A stretch of DNA of 64,000 nucleotides. It comes from Acidocella sp. Its GTDB lineage: Bacteria; Pseudomonadota; Alphaproteobacteria; Acetobacterales; Acetobacteraceae. Positions within the stretch are counted from its first letter, which is position 1; each line of letters begins with the position of its first letter. Under the pieces are notes generated by a model. It saw only the letters and a program-made list of their open reading frames with translations. It searched no databases and had not been told where the DNA came from. The translations under genes were made by a program, and so were the position numbers. Of the stretch, positions 32,575 to 42,207 are shown piece by piece. The stretch spans positions 8,289 through 72,288 of the forward strand of contig DAIDJU010000189.1 of the NCBI GenBank assembly GCA_027451225.1, in the 5' to 3' direction.

Positions 32575-33939
32575 TCAAACCGCAGCGGAATGACGCGGCG
32601 TTTCAGCGCTGGCCTGCTTCAGATAAACATCGAACAGCGCAGCAACATTACGCACGAAGGGACGTCCGCGCTCGGTCACGCGCAGGTACTCGCCATCCCA
32701 CTCCACCAGCCCATCGGCGGCAAAACCGCTGAGCGGCGCAGCATCTTCGAGAAGAGGCGCAGGGTCTGTTCCCATGGCTTTGGCAAGAGCGGGGATGTTC
32801 AACTCCAGATCGCACATGATGCGCTCGATCGCAGCACGGCGCACGCGGTCATCTACGCTCAGCGCCACACCGCGCACCACGGGCAAGCGCCCCTCGTTGA
32901 TCGCCGCCTCGTAGGCGGGCACGCCGGTGGCGTTCTGCACATAGCCCTGCGGCAGCGCGCCGATGGAAGATGCGCCGAGCCCGAGCAGCACGGGTGTGGC
33001 GTCGGTGGTGTAGCCCTGGAAATTGCGGTGCAGCGCCTTATCCTCCACGGCGATGGCCATGGGGTCGTCCGGCCGGGCGTAATGGTCCAGCCCGACGGGG
33101 ATGTAACCGCCCTCCTGCTCCAGCACTTGGCGGATCATCTGCTCCTGGGCGAGGCGCGCTTGCGCCCCCGGCAGCGCGGCTTCGGGGATCAGCTTCTGGT
33201 GTTTCTTCATCCAGGGCACATGGGCGTAACCGAACACGGCGGCGCGGTCAGCCCCCAGCGCCAAAGCCTGGCGCGCGGTGCGGGCCACGGATTCGGTGGT
33301 CTGGTGCGGCAGGCCATAGATCAGGTCGAGATTGAGCGAGGTGACGCCCAGCCCGCGCAACGCCTTGGCCGCGGCCTCGGTCTCCTCGAAGCTCTGGTGC
33401 CGGCCGATGGCCTCCTGCACCGCCTCGTCGAAATCCTGCACGCCGAGGCTGGCGCGGTTCACGCCCATCAGGCGCAGCGCGTCCAGGCACTCTGGCGTCA
33501 GCGTGGTCGGGTCGATCTCGATGGCCACCTCGGCGTCCGCGCGCAGATGAAAGCGCTTGCGGACATGGTCCATGATGCCGGTCAGGCAATCTTCCGGCAT
33601 GGCGGTGGGCGTGCCCCCGCCCCAATGCACCTGGGTGACCGTGGCGCGGCGGCCGATCAGGTCGGCCAGCAGATCCAGCTCGCGCGCGAGCTGCATGGCA
33701 TAGGCGCGCTTGGGCCGGTCATTGCGCACCACGCTGGTGTTGCAGCCGCAATACAGGCAGAGCCGGTCGCAGAAGGGAATGTGGATATAAAGGGAGATCG
33801 CCGCATCAGCGGGCAGTTCAGCCAGCCATTGCGCATAGGTCTCGGCGCCAATGCCGGGGTGGAAATGCGGCGCGGTGGGGTAGCTTGTATAGCGCGGTAC
33901 GCGCCCATGGTAGCGGGCGATCAGCTCGGCATCGGTCAT
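32575..33939 (-). CDS. hemN: Oxygen-independent coproporphyrinogen III dehydrogenase
   Basis: PRYTSYPTA, YIHIPFCDRLCLYCGC radical SAM motif, GGGTP, HRNFQGYTT. Confidence 0.96.
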   Translation of the reverse strand: MTDAELIARYHGRVPRYTSYPTAPHFHPGIGAETYAQWLAELPADAAISLYIHIPFCDRLCLYCGCNTSVVRNDRPKRAYAMQLARELDLLADLIGRRATVTQVHWGGGTPTAMPEDCLTGIMDHVRKRFHLRADAEVAIEIDPTTLTPECLDALRLMGVNRASLGVQDFDEAVQEAIGRHQSFEETEAAAKALRGLGVTSLNLDLIYGLPHQTTESVARTARQALALGADRAAVFGYAHVPWMKKHQKLIPEAALPGAQARLAQEQMIRQVLEQEGGYIPVGLDHYARPDDPMAIAVEDKALHRNFQGYTTDATPVLLGLGASSIGALPQGYVQNATGVPAYEAAINEGRLPVVRGVALSVDDRVRRAAIERIMCDLELNIPALAKAMGTDPAPLLEDAAPLSGFAADGLVEWDGEYLRVTERGRPFVRNVAALFDVYLKQASAETPRHSAAV

Positions 33940-33973
33940 GGGCTGTCCATGAACCGGCGCCGGGCTTCTCACA

Positions 33974-33987
33974 TTGATTCACGTCAA
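33974..33987. promoter_or_regulatory. FNR box upstream of hemN, overlapping the cysK stop
   Basis: TTGAT-TCAC-GTCAA (one mismatch). Confidence 0.8.
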
Positions 33988-34898
33988 GCGGGCAGGAAAT
34001 CCGGCACCGAGAGATAGCGCTCGCCGGTATCGTAATTGAAGCCCAGGATACGGCTGCCGGCGGGCAGCTCGGGCAGCTTCTTGGCGATGGCCGCCAACGT
34101 GGCACCGGAGGAAATGCCGACGAGCAGCCCCTCGGTGGCGGCGGAGCGGCGGGCGAATTCCTTGGCGTCCTCGCCTTCCACCTGGATCACGCCGTCGATG
34201 GCGGAAAGATGCAGGTTAGCGGGGATGAACCCGGCGCCGATGCCCTGGATGGGATGCGGTGCGGGCGAGCCGCCGGAGATGACCGGCGAGGCGGCGGGCT
34301 CCACGGCGTACACTTTCAGGTTCGGCCAATGGGGCTTCAGCGTCTCGGCCACGCCGGTGATGTGCCCGCCCGTGCCGACGCCGGAGATGATGACGTCCAG
34401 CCCCTCGGGAAAGTCGGCCAGGATCTCCTGCGCCGTGGTGCTGGCATGGATGGCGATATTGGCCGGATTTTCAAACTGCTGTGGGATGAAGGCGCCGGGG
34501 TTCTGCTCGGCCAGCTCGGCGGCGCGGGCGATGGCGCCCTTCATGCCCTTCTCGCGCGGGGTGAGGTCGAAGGTCGCGCCGTAAGCCTGCATCAGGCGGC
34601 GGCGCTCGATGGACATGCTCTCCGGCATTACCAGAATGAGCTTATACCCCTTCACCGCCGCCACCAGGGCAAGGCCCACGCCGGTATTGCCGGAAGTCGG
34701 CTCGATGATCAGCCCGCCCGGCTTGAGCGCGCCGGAGGCCTCGGCCGCCTCGATCATGGCCAGGGCGATACGGTCCTTGATCGAGCCGCCGGGATTAGTG
34801 CGCTCGGACTTTACCCAGACATTCGCCTCGGGGAACAGGCGGCCCAGGCGGATATGCGGGGTTTTCCCAATGGTTTCGAGAACGCTGTTAACCGGCAT
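33984..34898 (-). CDS. cysK: Cysteine synthase A
   Basis: [31 protein letters not shown]. Confidence 0.95.
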   Translation of the reverse strand: MPVNSVLETIGKTPHIRLGRLFPEANVWVKSERTNPGGSIKDRIALAMIEAAEASGALKPGGLIIEPTSGNTGVGLALVAAVKGYKLILVMPESMSIERRRLMQAYGATFDLTPREKGMKGAIARAAELAEQNPGAFIPQQFENPANIAIHASTTAQEILADFPEGLDVIISGVGTGGHITGVAETLKPHWPNLKVYAVEPAASPVISGGSPAPHPIQGIGAGFIPANLHLSAIDGVIQVEGEDAKEFARRSAATEGLLVGISSGATLAAIAKKLPELPAGSRILGFNYDTGERYLSVPDFLPA

Positions 34899-35009
34899 AC
34901 CATCTCTCCATAATTCTTATAGATTTATTGCGCCGTTCCGGGAGCCGCGCAAGCCCTGGCCCGAGCTAACCATAAAAGCTCGCACCTGTCAGGCTATAGC
35001 CAGGCGCCA

Positions 35010-35057
35010 AAACGCAGATCGCCGCGGGGCATTCCGCACCCGCGGCGATCTGCGTTT
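35010..35057 (-). terminator. Long hairpin terminator after Hint-protein gene
   Basis: 19-bp perfect stem AAACGCAGATCGCCGCGGG / CCCGCGGCGATCTGCGTTT. Confidence 0.75.
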
Positions 35058-35074
35058 ATTTTCGGTATGTGCGA

Positions 35075-36418
35075 TTAAGCAGCCCTGAATTCTCTCCCGC
35101 GCCCATTGAGACGGGCCCGCAGCCCCGCAGGCAGCTGGCGGGCGGATTTGGCGCGAGGGTAATCCATCTCGATGATCGGCTCCACCGGGGCGGAGCGCTC
35201 ATCCCAATTATGGAAGTTCATACGGTCGATATTATCGACGAACGACTCCGTCGGCGCGCCCTCGGCCAGCAACAGCTCATGCGCCTCAAGCTCGACATGA
35301 TAATAGTTGAAGGCCTCAGGCACGTCATGCTCGCGTGTGATGCCGGGGCAACCAACCAGCGCCGAAGCCTGCACCAGAATACCGTCGAGGAACATGGCAT
35401 GATCCGGCGAAACCAGCAGGTCACGCACAGGCAGGTTATCACCCAGTGCCCCGGCGGCGATGCGGATGGGGAATGCACGCAGCGGATCGGCGAAAACGGT
35501 GGAAACGCGGCTCACGCCGAGCCAGCGGACCTCCGCCACACGGCCATCGGCCAGGCGCAGACGAGTACCAGGCACCACATCCTGCACCTCGATCTCCCCA
35601 TCCTCGGCGGCAAGGCGCGTGCCAGCGCAGAAGCAGGGATAAGTGTACCCGGAAGAGGTCGAAGTCAGCGCGATGGTGTTGGAGGTGGAGGTGTTGTTCC
35701 ACCCCGTCGTCCCGGCAGCCAGCGTAACGGTGCCCAAATTGCTGCCGCCACTGCTGGCGTTCGACAGCTCATATAGCGTCTGGCCGCTGCTGTTGGTTTT
35801 GCCGGTATCGATCAGGTAGAGCGTCTGACCGCCTTCGCTGATCGTATCGCCATACGTAAAGTTCTGGAGCGTCAGCCCTGAAGTCCATTGGGGGATAGAA
35901 AGCAGGTTACCAGTGCCCGAAAACACGATCGTGGCCGAGGGACCGCTGCCGGTAAACGTCAAGGTCGCGGAACCGCCAAGCGTCACAGTGCCGGAACCGC
36001 CGATCGGAGAATTGTCGGTGAGGCTGGTGCTGGTGAGCAGCAGGTTCTGCCCCGAAGCCAGCGTCAGCGTGCCGGAATTGGTGACCGTGCCACCGGAAAT
36101 CGTCGCGGTGCCCGTACCGGACATCGTCAGATCGCTGGACAACGTGGTGTTGGATGCCAGTTTGATCGTCGACCCGGCGTCGATTTCCAAAGCTGTTGTC
36201 GCCGAAAGCGTGTAGGCGCCGGAGAAAGACACTGTCGCGCCATTTGTAATGGTCAGACTGGCAACATTGGCGCTGCTCGTGAGTACAACCGTGGCGCTCG
36301 TGTTGAATGCATACACATTGCCGTTATTGCCCGGCGTCGTATTCGGGCTCCAGTTCGTCGCCAGGCTGAAGGTCGTACCGTCACCAGCGCCAGTCCAATA
36401 TACCGTAGCCACAAACAT
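35075..36418 (-). CDS. Hint_2 (BIL-type) domain protein with Thr/Ser/Gly-rich beta-repeat N-terminus
   Basis: PCFCAGTRL..VRWLG..LLVSPDHAM..YYHVELEAHELLLAEGAPTES; start may be GTG 36412 given AAGGAG spacing. Confidence 0.88.
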   Translation of the reverse strand: MFVATVYWTGAGDGTTFSLATNWSPNTTPGNNGNVYAFNTSATVVLTSSANVASLTITNGATVSFSGAYTLSATTALEIDAGSTIKLASNTTLSSDLTMSGTGTATISGGTVTNSGTLTLASGQNLLLTSTSLTDNSPIGGSGTVTLGGSATLTFTGSGPSATIVFSGTGNLLSIPQWTSGLTLQNFTYGDTISEGGQTLYLIDTGKTNSSGQTLYELSNASSGGSNLGTVTLAAGTTGWNNTSTSNTIALTSTSSGYTYPCFCAGTRLAAEDGEIEVQDVVPGTRLRLADGRVAEVRWLGVSRVSTVFADPLRAFPIRIAAGALGDNLPVRDLLVSPDHAMFLDGILVQASALVGCPGITREHDVPEAFNYYHVELEAHELLLAEGAPTESFVDNIDRMNFHNWDERSAPVEPIIEMDYPRAKSARQLPAGLRARLNGRGREFRAA

Positions 36419-36691
36419 TCTCCTTAAAACGAAATACAGCCGCCTGGCGGCCGACTAAAGCGACGTCGTTCCGCCCCCAACCCGAGGTAAAATTACAAAC
36501 AATTTATTTACATATTGGTAATGCACGCTTAGAGCAGCATCTATTTCCCCGCAACAGCCTCGCCAAAGCATCACAATTTTTTGACTTTTTACTTTTGTAG
36601 GTGTTGTTTTTAGACGAAACTACTTTTCGTCACTACAGCACCCCAGATCCAACGGCAAGCGCATTAAAATCAAGAAATGTTGCAGCCAACC

Positions 36692-36725
36692 AAAAACCCC
36701 CTCCAGCGTCGGCTGGAGAGGGTTT
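36692..36725 (-). terminator. Intrinsic terminator after DUF934
   Basis: AAACCCCCTCCAGC-GTCG-GCTGGAGAGGGTTT (one mismatch), T run on minus strand. Confidence 0.7.
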
Positions 36726-36755
36726 CAATTACCCGAATATGCTGCCGAGAAGCGC

Positions 36756-37136
36756 CTACCCCTCTAGCGCCCGCCCCAGGCTGCGGCGCAGCAACTGGCC
36801 CGGCTGGCGATGCTCGCGCAGCGCTGCGGCGAATTGCGCCGGGCTGTGCTCGGGCGGCGTGGCGAAGGAGGTGAAGCCGCAGGAGATCAACGCCGCGAAC
36901 TGGTCGGGGATGAAATGCCCGACGGCCCGCAAATCGCCCTTATAGCCCAGGCGCTCGCGCAGGGTGCGGGCCAGGGTGAAGCCGCGGCCATCGCGGAATT
37001 TGGGGAACTCGATCTCGACCAGCATTGCCTCAGGCAGCTGAGCGGCGATGTCCTCGATCTTCGCATCCGGCGTCAGGCGCAGCCCGGTAACACCCGCATC
37101 CGGGATTTCCTCACCCTTGGTGTTAACGAGCGGCAT
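36756..37136 (-). CDS. DUF934-family protein
   Basis: IEFPKFRDGRGFTLARTLRERLGYKGDLRAVG, behind sulfite reductase. Confidence 0.88.
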   Translation of the reverse strand: MPLVNTKGEEIPDAGVTGLRLTPDAKIEDIAAQLPEAMLVEIEFPKFRDGRGFTLARTLRERLGYKGDLRAVGHFIPDQFAALISCGFTSFATPPEHSPAQFAAALREHRQPGQLLRRSLGRALEG

Positions 37137-39117
37137 TGACGGCCTCCTTGAACGGCGCCGCGCCGAGGCGGCGATAGGTCTCGATGAAGTTTTCGCCCGG
37201 CTGGCGCTGGGCCACATAGGCGGTCACGATCGCGTCGATGGCATCGGGCACCTTGGCGGTGGGCACGGCCGGGCCGACGATGGCGCCGATGGCGGCATTC
37301 TCGTCCGCCGCACCGCCGAGGGTGATCTGGTACACCTCCTCGCCGTTCCGATCGACGCCCAAGAGCCCGATATGCCCGACATGGTGATGCCCGCAGGCGT
37401 TGATGCAGCCCGAGATATTCACATAGAGCGTGCCGATCTCCTGCTCGCGCCCGGCGAAACGCTCGGCCAGGCGCTGCGCCACGGGGATGGAGCGGGCCGT
37501 GGCCAGGGCGCAGTAATCCATGCCCGGGCAGGCGATGATGTCCGAGATCAGCCCGACATTGGCCGAAGCCAGCCCCGCCTTCACCAGCCCCTGATACAGG
37601 GCGTAGAGATCATCCTTGGCGACATGCGGCAGAACGAGGTTCTGCACATGGCTGACGCGGATCTCGCCCAGCGAGTATTTGTCGGCCAGGTCCGCCACCG
37701 CGTCCATCTCATCGGCGCTGGCGTCGCCAGGGATGCCGCCAACCGGCTTCAGCGAAATCTGCGCCGAGATATAGCCCGGCGCGCGGTGCGCGTGCGTATT
37801 CCGCCGCACCCAGGCGGCGAAGGCCGCATCCCCGGCCAGGGCTTGCTCCAGCGCGCCGCCATCCTGACGGGTGAATTCCGGCACGGGGAAGCGCGCGGCC
37901 ACGGCGGCGACCAGCTCCGGCGTCAGCACGCAGTAATCGGGCGGCAATGCCGCGTACTCATCCTCGACCATCTGGATGAAGGCTTCCGGCTTCATCTCAC
38001 GGATCAGGATCTTGATCCGCGACTTATACATATTATCACGCCGGCCGAGCGCGTTATAGACGCGCAGAACCGCCTCGTTATAGCGCAGCAGCTCGGCCAG
38101 CGGCACGTCGTCGCGCAGCTTGATCGCCACATAGGGCGTGCGGCCCAGACCGCCACCGGCGAAGATGCGGAACACCGGCTCACCGGCTTCGTTCTTATGC
38201 ACCTCGATGCCAATGTCATGCACGCGCACGGCGGCGCGGTCATGCGGCGCGCCGGTGATGGCGATCTTGAACTTGCGCGGCAGGTAGGTGAACTCGGGGT
38301 GATCCGTGGACCACTGGCGCAGGATCTCGGCATAGAGGCGCGGGTCGATCACCTCATCCGCCGCAGCACCGGCATACTCATCCGTCGTCACGTTGCGGAT
38401 GCAGTTGCCGGAGGTCTGGATGCCGTGCAGATCGGCCTCGGCCAGCACCGCGAGGGCAGCCGGGGTGTCCTCCAACCGCAGCCAGTTGAACTGGATGTTC
38501 TGGCGGGTGGTGAAATGGCCGTAGCCGCGGTCGAAATGCCGGGCGACATACGCGAACTGACGGAGCTGCGTGGCGCTGAGCACGCCGTAGGGAATGGCGA
38601 TGCGCAGCATGTAGGCGTGCAGTTGCAGATACAGCCCGTTCATCAGGCGCAGCGGCTTGAACTCATCCTCGGAGAGTTCACCCGCACGGCGGCGCGCCAC
38701 CTGCTCGCCGAATTCGCGCGCGCGCTGGCGCAGGAAGTCGCGGTCATATTCGTCGTAATGGTAAATCCCGGCATGGGGCGAGGTGGAACTGGCCGAGGGC
38801 AGCGGGGGCAGCTTGCCCGCGCCATCGCGCCACGGGCCTGCGGGCAGGTCGGCCCGCACCGAAGGGCCGCGCGCGCGGATCTGCTCGCGATGCGCCACCG
38901 GCACCAACTTACCTTCCTCGCGCGTGGCCTCCACGGCCCGCACCTCCACCACATGCGCCGCCACGTCGGCTGGCTGCGCCGCCGCCAGCGCGCCGGGCAG
39001 GGCCGCGTCGTCGTAAGCCGCCGCTTCATCCACATGCTCCGCCCAGCCTTGCGCTCCAGCGAACCAGACGGACACGCCATCGCGCAGGCGGTTGGCGGTG
39101 ATCACATGCAAAGACAT
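37123..39117 (-). CDS. Sulfite reductase hemoprotein (CysI-like) with N-terminal DUF2849-like domain
   Basis: VITANRLRDG..REQIRARGPS N-domain; LRLMNGLYLQLHAYMLR, TTRQNIQ, ACPGMDYC, ISGCINACG. Confidence 0.88.
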   Translation of the reverse strand: MSLHVITANRLRDGVSVWFAGAQGWAEHVDEAAAYDDAALPGALAAAQPADVAAHVVEVRAVEATREEGKLVPVAHREQIRARGPSVRADLPAGPWRDGAGKLPPLPSASSTSPHAGIYHYDEYDRDFLRQRAREFGEQVARRRAGELSEDEFKPLRLMNGLYLQLHAYMLRIAIPYGVLSATQLRQFAYVARHFDRGYGHFTTRQNIQFNWLRLEDTPAALAVLAEADLHGIQTSGNCIRNVTTDEYAGAAADEVIDPRLYAEILRQWSTDHPEFTYLPRKFKIAITGAPHDRAAVRVHDIGIEVHKNEAGEPVFRIFAGGGLGRTPYVAIKLRDDVPLAELLRYNEAVLRVYNALGRRDNMYKSRIKILIREMKPEAFIQMVEDEYAALPPDYCVLTPELVAAVAARFPVPEFTRQDGGALEQALAGDAAFAAWVRRNTHAHRAPGYISAQISLKPVGGIPGDASADEMDAVADLADKYSLGEIRVSHVQNLVLPHVAKDDLYALYQGLVKAGLASANVGLISDIIACPGMDYCALATARSIPVAQRLAERFAGREQEIGTLYVNISGCINACGHHHVGHIGLLGVDRNGEEVYQITLGGAADENAAIGAIVGPAVPTAKVPDAIDAIVTAYVAQRQPGENFIETYRRLGAAPFKEAVNAAR

Positions 39118-39374
39118 CTTAAAGCTTCCCACATTCAAACCCTGGCGCCAGATAAAGATTTTTTCCGCCTCGTCCAGAGCGGGACGGCAATTTCATGGGA
39201 AATAATTTTTTAGAAACTCAAGTTATATAGCCGCCGAAAAGTATTTTTTTCTCATGCGCCAGATCACGAGAAAAACCACACAAGAAAATATAAAACCGGA
39301 GAGCATGCTTACCAGTGGCACAAAACGCGCAGGGAGAGGATGCGAAATGCGCTTAGTTCATTATATTACAACGC

Positions 39375-39800
39375 ATGACAATTATCCTTAACCCCGCCAT
39401 GCTGGCGGCTTCCCTCGCTGGCGGCGTGGTCATCGGCATCGCCTCCGCCGGGCTGCTGCTCGTCAATGGCCGCATCGCCGGCATCAGCGGCATTTTCTCC
39501 CGGGCCACCAAGCCCGGCGGCGCCGCTTGGCAATGGGCTTTCCTGGCCGGGCTGCTGGTCGCCGGAGCAGGCGCCGCCCTGGCCAAGCCCCCCCTGCCCG
39601 CCGCCATCACCGGCCAGAGCCTGCCCCTGCTGGCCCTGGCCGGGCTGCTCACCGGGCTCGGCACCAACCTGGGCGGCGGCTGCACCAGCGGGCATGGCGT
39701 ATGCGGCTTGGCCCGCCTCTCCCCGCGCTCCCTCACGGCGGTGCTGGTGTTTATGGGCGTGGCGGGGCTGACCGTGTTCATCCAGAGGCATGTGCTGTGA
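39375..39800 (+). CDS. YeeE/YedE-family sulfur transport membrane protein
   Basis: GRIAGISG, GGGCTSGHGVCG. Confidence 0.88.
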   Translation: MTIILNPAMLAASLAGGVVIGIASAGLLLVNGRIAGISGIFSRATKPGGAAWQWAFLAGLLVAGAGAALAKPPLPAAITGQSLPLLALAGLLTGLGTNLGGGCTSGHGVCGLARLSPRSLTAVLVFMGVAGLTVFIQRHVL

Positions 39801-40207
39801 TGCGCGTATTTTCCGCCTTCGCCTTCGGGCTGCTGTTCGGGCTTGGCCTGCTGCTCTCGGGCATGACCGACCCGGACCGGGTGAAAGCCTTCCTCGATGT
39901 CGCCGGGGCCTGGAACCCGGCCTTGGCGCTGGTGATGGGCGGGGCCATCGCCGTTGCCCTGCCCGCCTTTGCCCTGGCCCGGCGCACTCAAAACAGCGTG
40001 CTGGGCGAGGCCATCACCCTGCCCGCCAACCGCCGGATCGACGCCCGCCTGCTCACCGGCGCCACCATTTTCGGGCTGGGCTGGGGGCTGGCCGGAATCT
40101 GCCCCGGCCCCGGCTTGGTGCTGGCCGGGCATCTTGCCCCCGGCGCGCTGGCCTTCGTTGCGGCGCTGTATCTCGGCACGCGGCTGGCCGAGCGGTTCCG
40201 CGGCTGA
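39800..40207 (+). CDS. YeeE/YedE-family membrane protein, second half
   Basis: SGMTDP..FLD, FGLGWGLAGICPGP; TGATG overlap. Confidence 0.85.
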   Translation: MRVFSAFAFGLLFGLGLLLSGMTDPDRVKAFLDVAGAWNPALALVMGGAIAVALPAFALARRTQNSVLGEAITLPANRRIDARLLTGATIFGLGWGLAGICPGPGLVLAGHLAPGALAFVAALYLGTRLAERFRG

Positions 40208-40280
40208 CCCGTTTACAGCGGGTCAAGCGGCATACTAGTTTTTACCGTGGCCGATCGGGGCCGCAGCAGGACGACCGAAC

Positions 40281-41216
40281 ATGGGTATCAACGAGCAAAA
40301 GCCCGGGCTGCAACAGGCGGCGCAGAGCACGGCGGCGGATCTCGCCGGGGTGGTGGCGGGCTTACGCCTCTCCCGCGAGGTGACGCATAAGATCCGCCAT
40401 CGCGGCCAGATCCGCGAGCTGCCCTCGCGCGCAGCGCTTGAGAAAATCCGCGACGGGCTGTTCGCCGCCCTCTTCCCCAGCCATTACGGCTGTCCCGACC
40501 TCACCGACGAGACCATCGACTACTTCGTCGGCCATACGCTGTCTCAATCTCTCACCGCGCTCACCGAGCAAGTGCGGCGTGACCTGCTATTCCTGCCCCC
40601 CGGCCATGCCGAAACCCCGGCCGAGGAACGGGCCGCCGCCATCGTACGCGACCTTGCGGCGCAACTCCCCTGCCTGCGCGGCATGCTGGCCGAAGACCTG
40701 ATGGCCGCCTATCAGGGCGACCCGGCCGCAACCTCGATGGCCGAGGTGCTGCTGGCCTATCCAGGCATGCGCGCCATTATCCACCACCGTCTGGCGAATG
40801 TGTTGCACACGCTCGGCGCGCCGCTGGTGGCGCGGCTGCTGGCGGGCATCTCCCAGGCCGAGACCGGCATCGACATCCACCCCCAGGCGCAAATCGGCCC
40901 GCGCTTCTTCATCGACCACGGCACCGGCGTGGTGATCGGCCAGACCGCCATCATCGGCGAGAATGTGCGGCTGTACCAGCATGTCACGCTCGGGGCGAAA
41001 CGCTTTACCGAGGACGAGAACGGCATGCTGGTGAAGGGCGAGCCCCGCCACCCGATCATCGAGGATAATGTCGTGATCTATGCGGGCGCGACCGTGCTGG
41101 GGCGCATCACCGTGGGGCACGGCTCCACCATTGGCGGCAATGTGTGGCTTACCCAGAGCGTGCCGCCGGGCAGCGTCATCACCCAGGCGCAAAGCCGGCT
41201 CTCGAACGAGGCTTAG
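40281..41216 (+). CDS. cysE: Serine O-acetyltransferase (EpsC-type)
   Basis: GDPAA, YPG, GIDIHP, FIDHGTGVVIG, RHP. Confidence 0.92.
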   Translation: MGINEQKPGLQQAAQSTAADLAGVVAGLRLSREVTHKIRHRGQIRELPSRAALEKIRDGLFAALFPSHYGCPDLTDETIDYFVGHTLSQSLTALTEQVRRDLLFLPPGHAETPAEERAAAIVRDLAAQLPCLRGMLAEDLMAAYQGDPAATSMAEVLLAYPGMRAIIHHRLANVLHTLGAPLVARLLAGISQAETGIDIHPQAQIGPRFFIDHGTGVVIGQTAIIGENVRLYQHVTLGAKRFTEDENGMLVKGEPRHPIIEDNVVIYAGATVLGRITVGHGSTIGGNVWLTQSVPPGSVITQAQSRLSNEA

Positions 41217-41314
41217 AGACCGTTTCAGACGTCGTTCCGGCGATGATTTTTGCGCACCGGCGCGCGGAAAATCGCGCCCAGACGGCCACCAGAGTGGATT
41301 TGTGAAACAGTCTC
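41216..41314. repeat. Internally deleted, inverted copy of the 27990 palindromic element
   Basis: GAGACCGTTTCAGA...GAAAATCGCGCCCAGACGGCCACCAGAGT...GAAACAGTCTC aligns with the reverse complement of 27990-28132. Confidence 0.8.
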
Positions 41315-41671
41315 CTAACCCACACCTTCGGCGGGCACGATGACCGTGCGGGTGCGGTTGGCGGGGTCGAACCGCACGGGCACGACCTGCCCCGGCTGCA
41401 ACGCCCGGGCGTGACGCTTCGAAAATGGGATTTGCAGCAGAACTTCGAAATGCGCGCCATCACGCGGGGCGACATCCAGCCGCACCAGCGCCTCCGGGTG
41501 GACGCTGCCGCGCGGCTTCGTCTCCTGCACACTCAACACAACAGCCCGCCCCGGTATGCCGGACGCAAGGATCTGCCGATCGCCGCCACGGCGGAAGTAA
41601 CCTCCCCCGCCAACAAGCAGGATCAGGAGTCCCACGCCAATCGCCAAAACCACGATTACCTCATTGGACAT
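41315..41671 (-). CDS. Hypothetical membrane-anchored protein (DUF3592-like)
   Basis: N-terminal TM then PGQVVPVRFDPANR. Confidence 0.6.
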   Translation of the reverse strand: MSNEVIVVLAIGVGLLILLVGGGGYFRRGGDRQILASGIPGRAVVLSVQETKPRGSVHPEALVRLDVAPRDGAHFEVLLQIPFSKRHARALQPGQVVPVRFDPANRTRTVIVPAEGVG

Positions 41672-41827
41672 TGTTCACCTTCTGCCCGTACAGGGCCGAT
41701 GATGACCTGTTCCCCTGAAAAATGCAACGAAATCGAAACATTTTAAGCGGCGTAAATTCAGCGGAAGCTTTGCGCAACCAAGCTGAGACTTTACCACATT
41801 AAATTGGAAAACCAGGGAGGAGCCGCG

Positions 41828-41920
41828 TGGCGGAGGAGATGGGATTCGAACCCACGATACGCCTTGACAGCGTATAACGGTTTAGCAAACCGCCGCCTTC
41901 AGCCTCTCGGCCACCCCTCC
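41828..41920 (-). tRNA. tRNA-Ser (anticodon GCU)
   Basis: GGAGGGG acceptor stem, TTGCTAA anticodon loop, long variable arm, TTCGAAT, CCA. Confidence 0.95.
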
Positions 41921-42072
41921 GTGCACGGCCAAAGCAGGCATATTCGCCTACCCCGCGTAGCACCTTCATAAGCGGCAGCGGCGGGAAGGTAAAGCCTCCC
42001 TGGCGCGCAATCCGCCACAAACAAGCAAGTATCTGAATTTATTTGTTTTGCGCTCGATTGAGCCTCCCGCTT

Positions 42073-42106
42073 TGCTGCATTGCAAAATTTTTCTTGCACC
42101 GCAGCA
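42073..42106. promoter_or_regulatory. Paired PhaR/AniA-like operator sites over sRNA promoter
   Basis: TGCTGCATTGCA-N10-TGCACCGCAGCA inverted pair, each fitting TGCRNYGCASMA as I recall it. Confidence 0.55.
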
Positions 42107-42129
42107 TAAATTAGCATACAGAAATAAAT

Positions 42130-42207
42130 GCAGGGTGAGTTTCTCCCCTGTTTCTTGGACGTTTCCTCCCTAAACTTGGCGGCGCTACATTAGCGCCGCC
42201 TTTTTTT
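42130..42207 (+). ncRNA. mmgR: MmgR/SuhB (alpha-r8)-family sRNA
   Basis: CAGGG/CCCTG hairpin, TTTCCTCCCTAAACTT core, GGCGGCGCTA-CAT-TAGCGCCGCC-T7; convergent with N-formylglutamate amidohydrolase. Confidence 0.8.
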
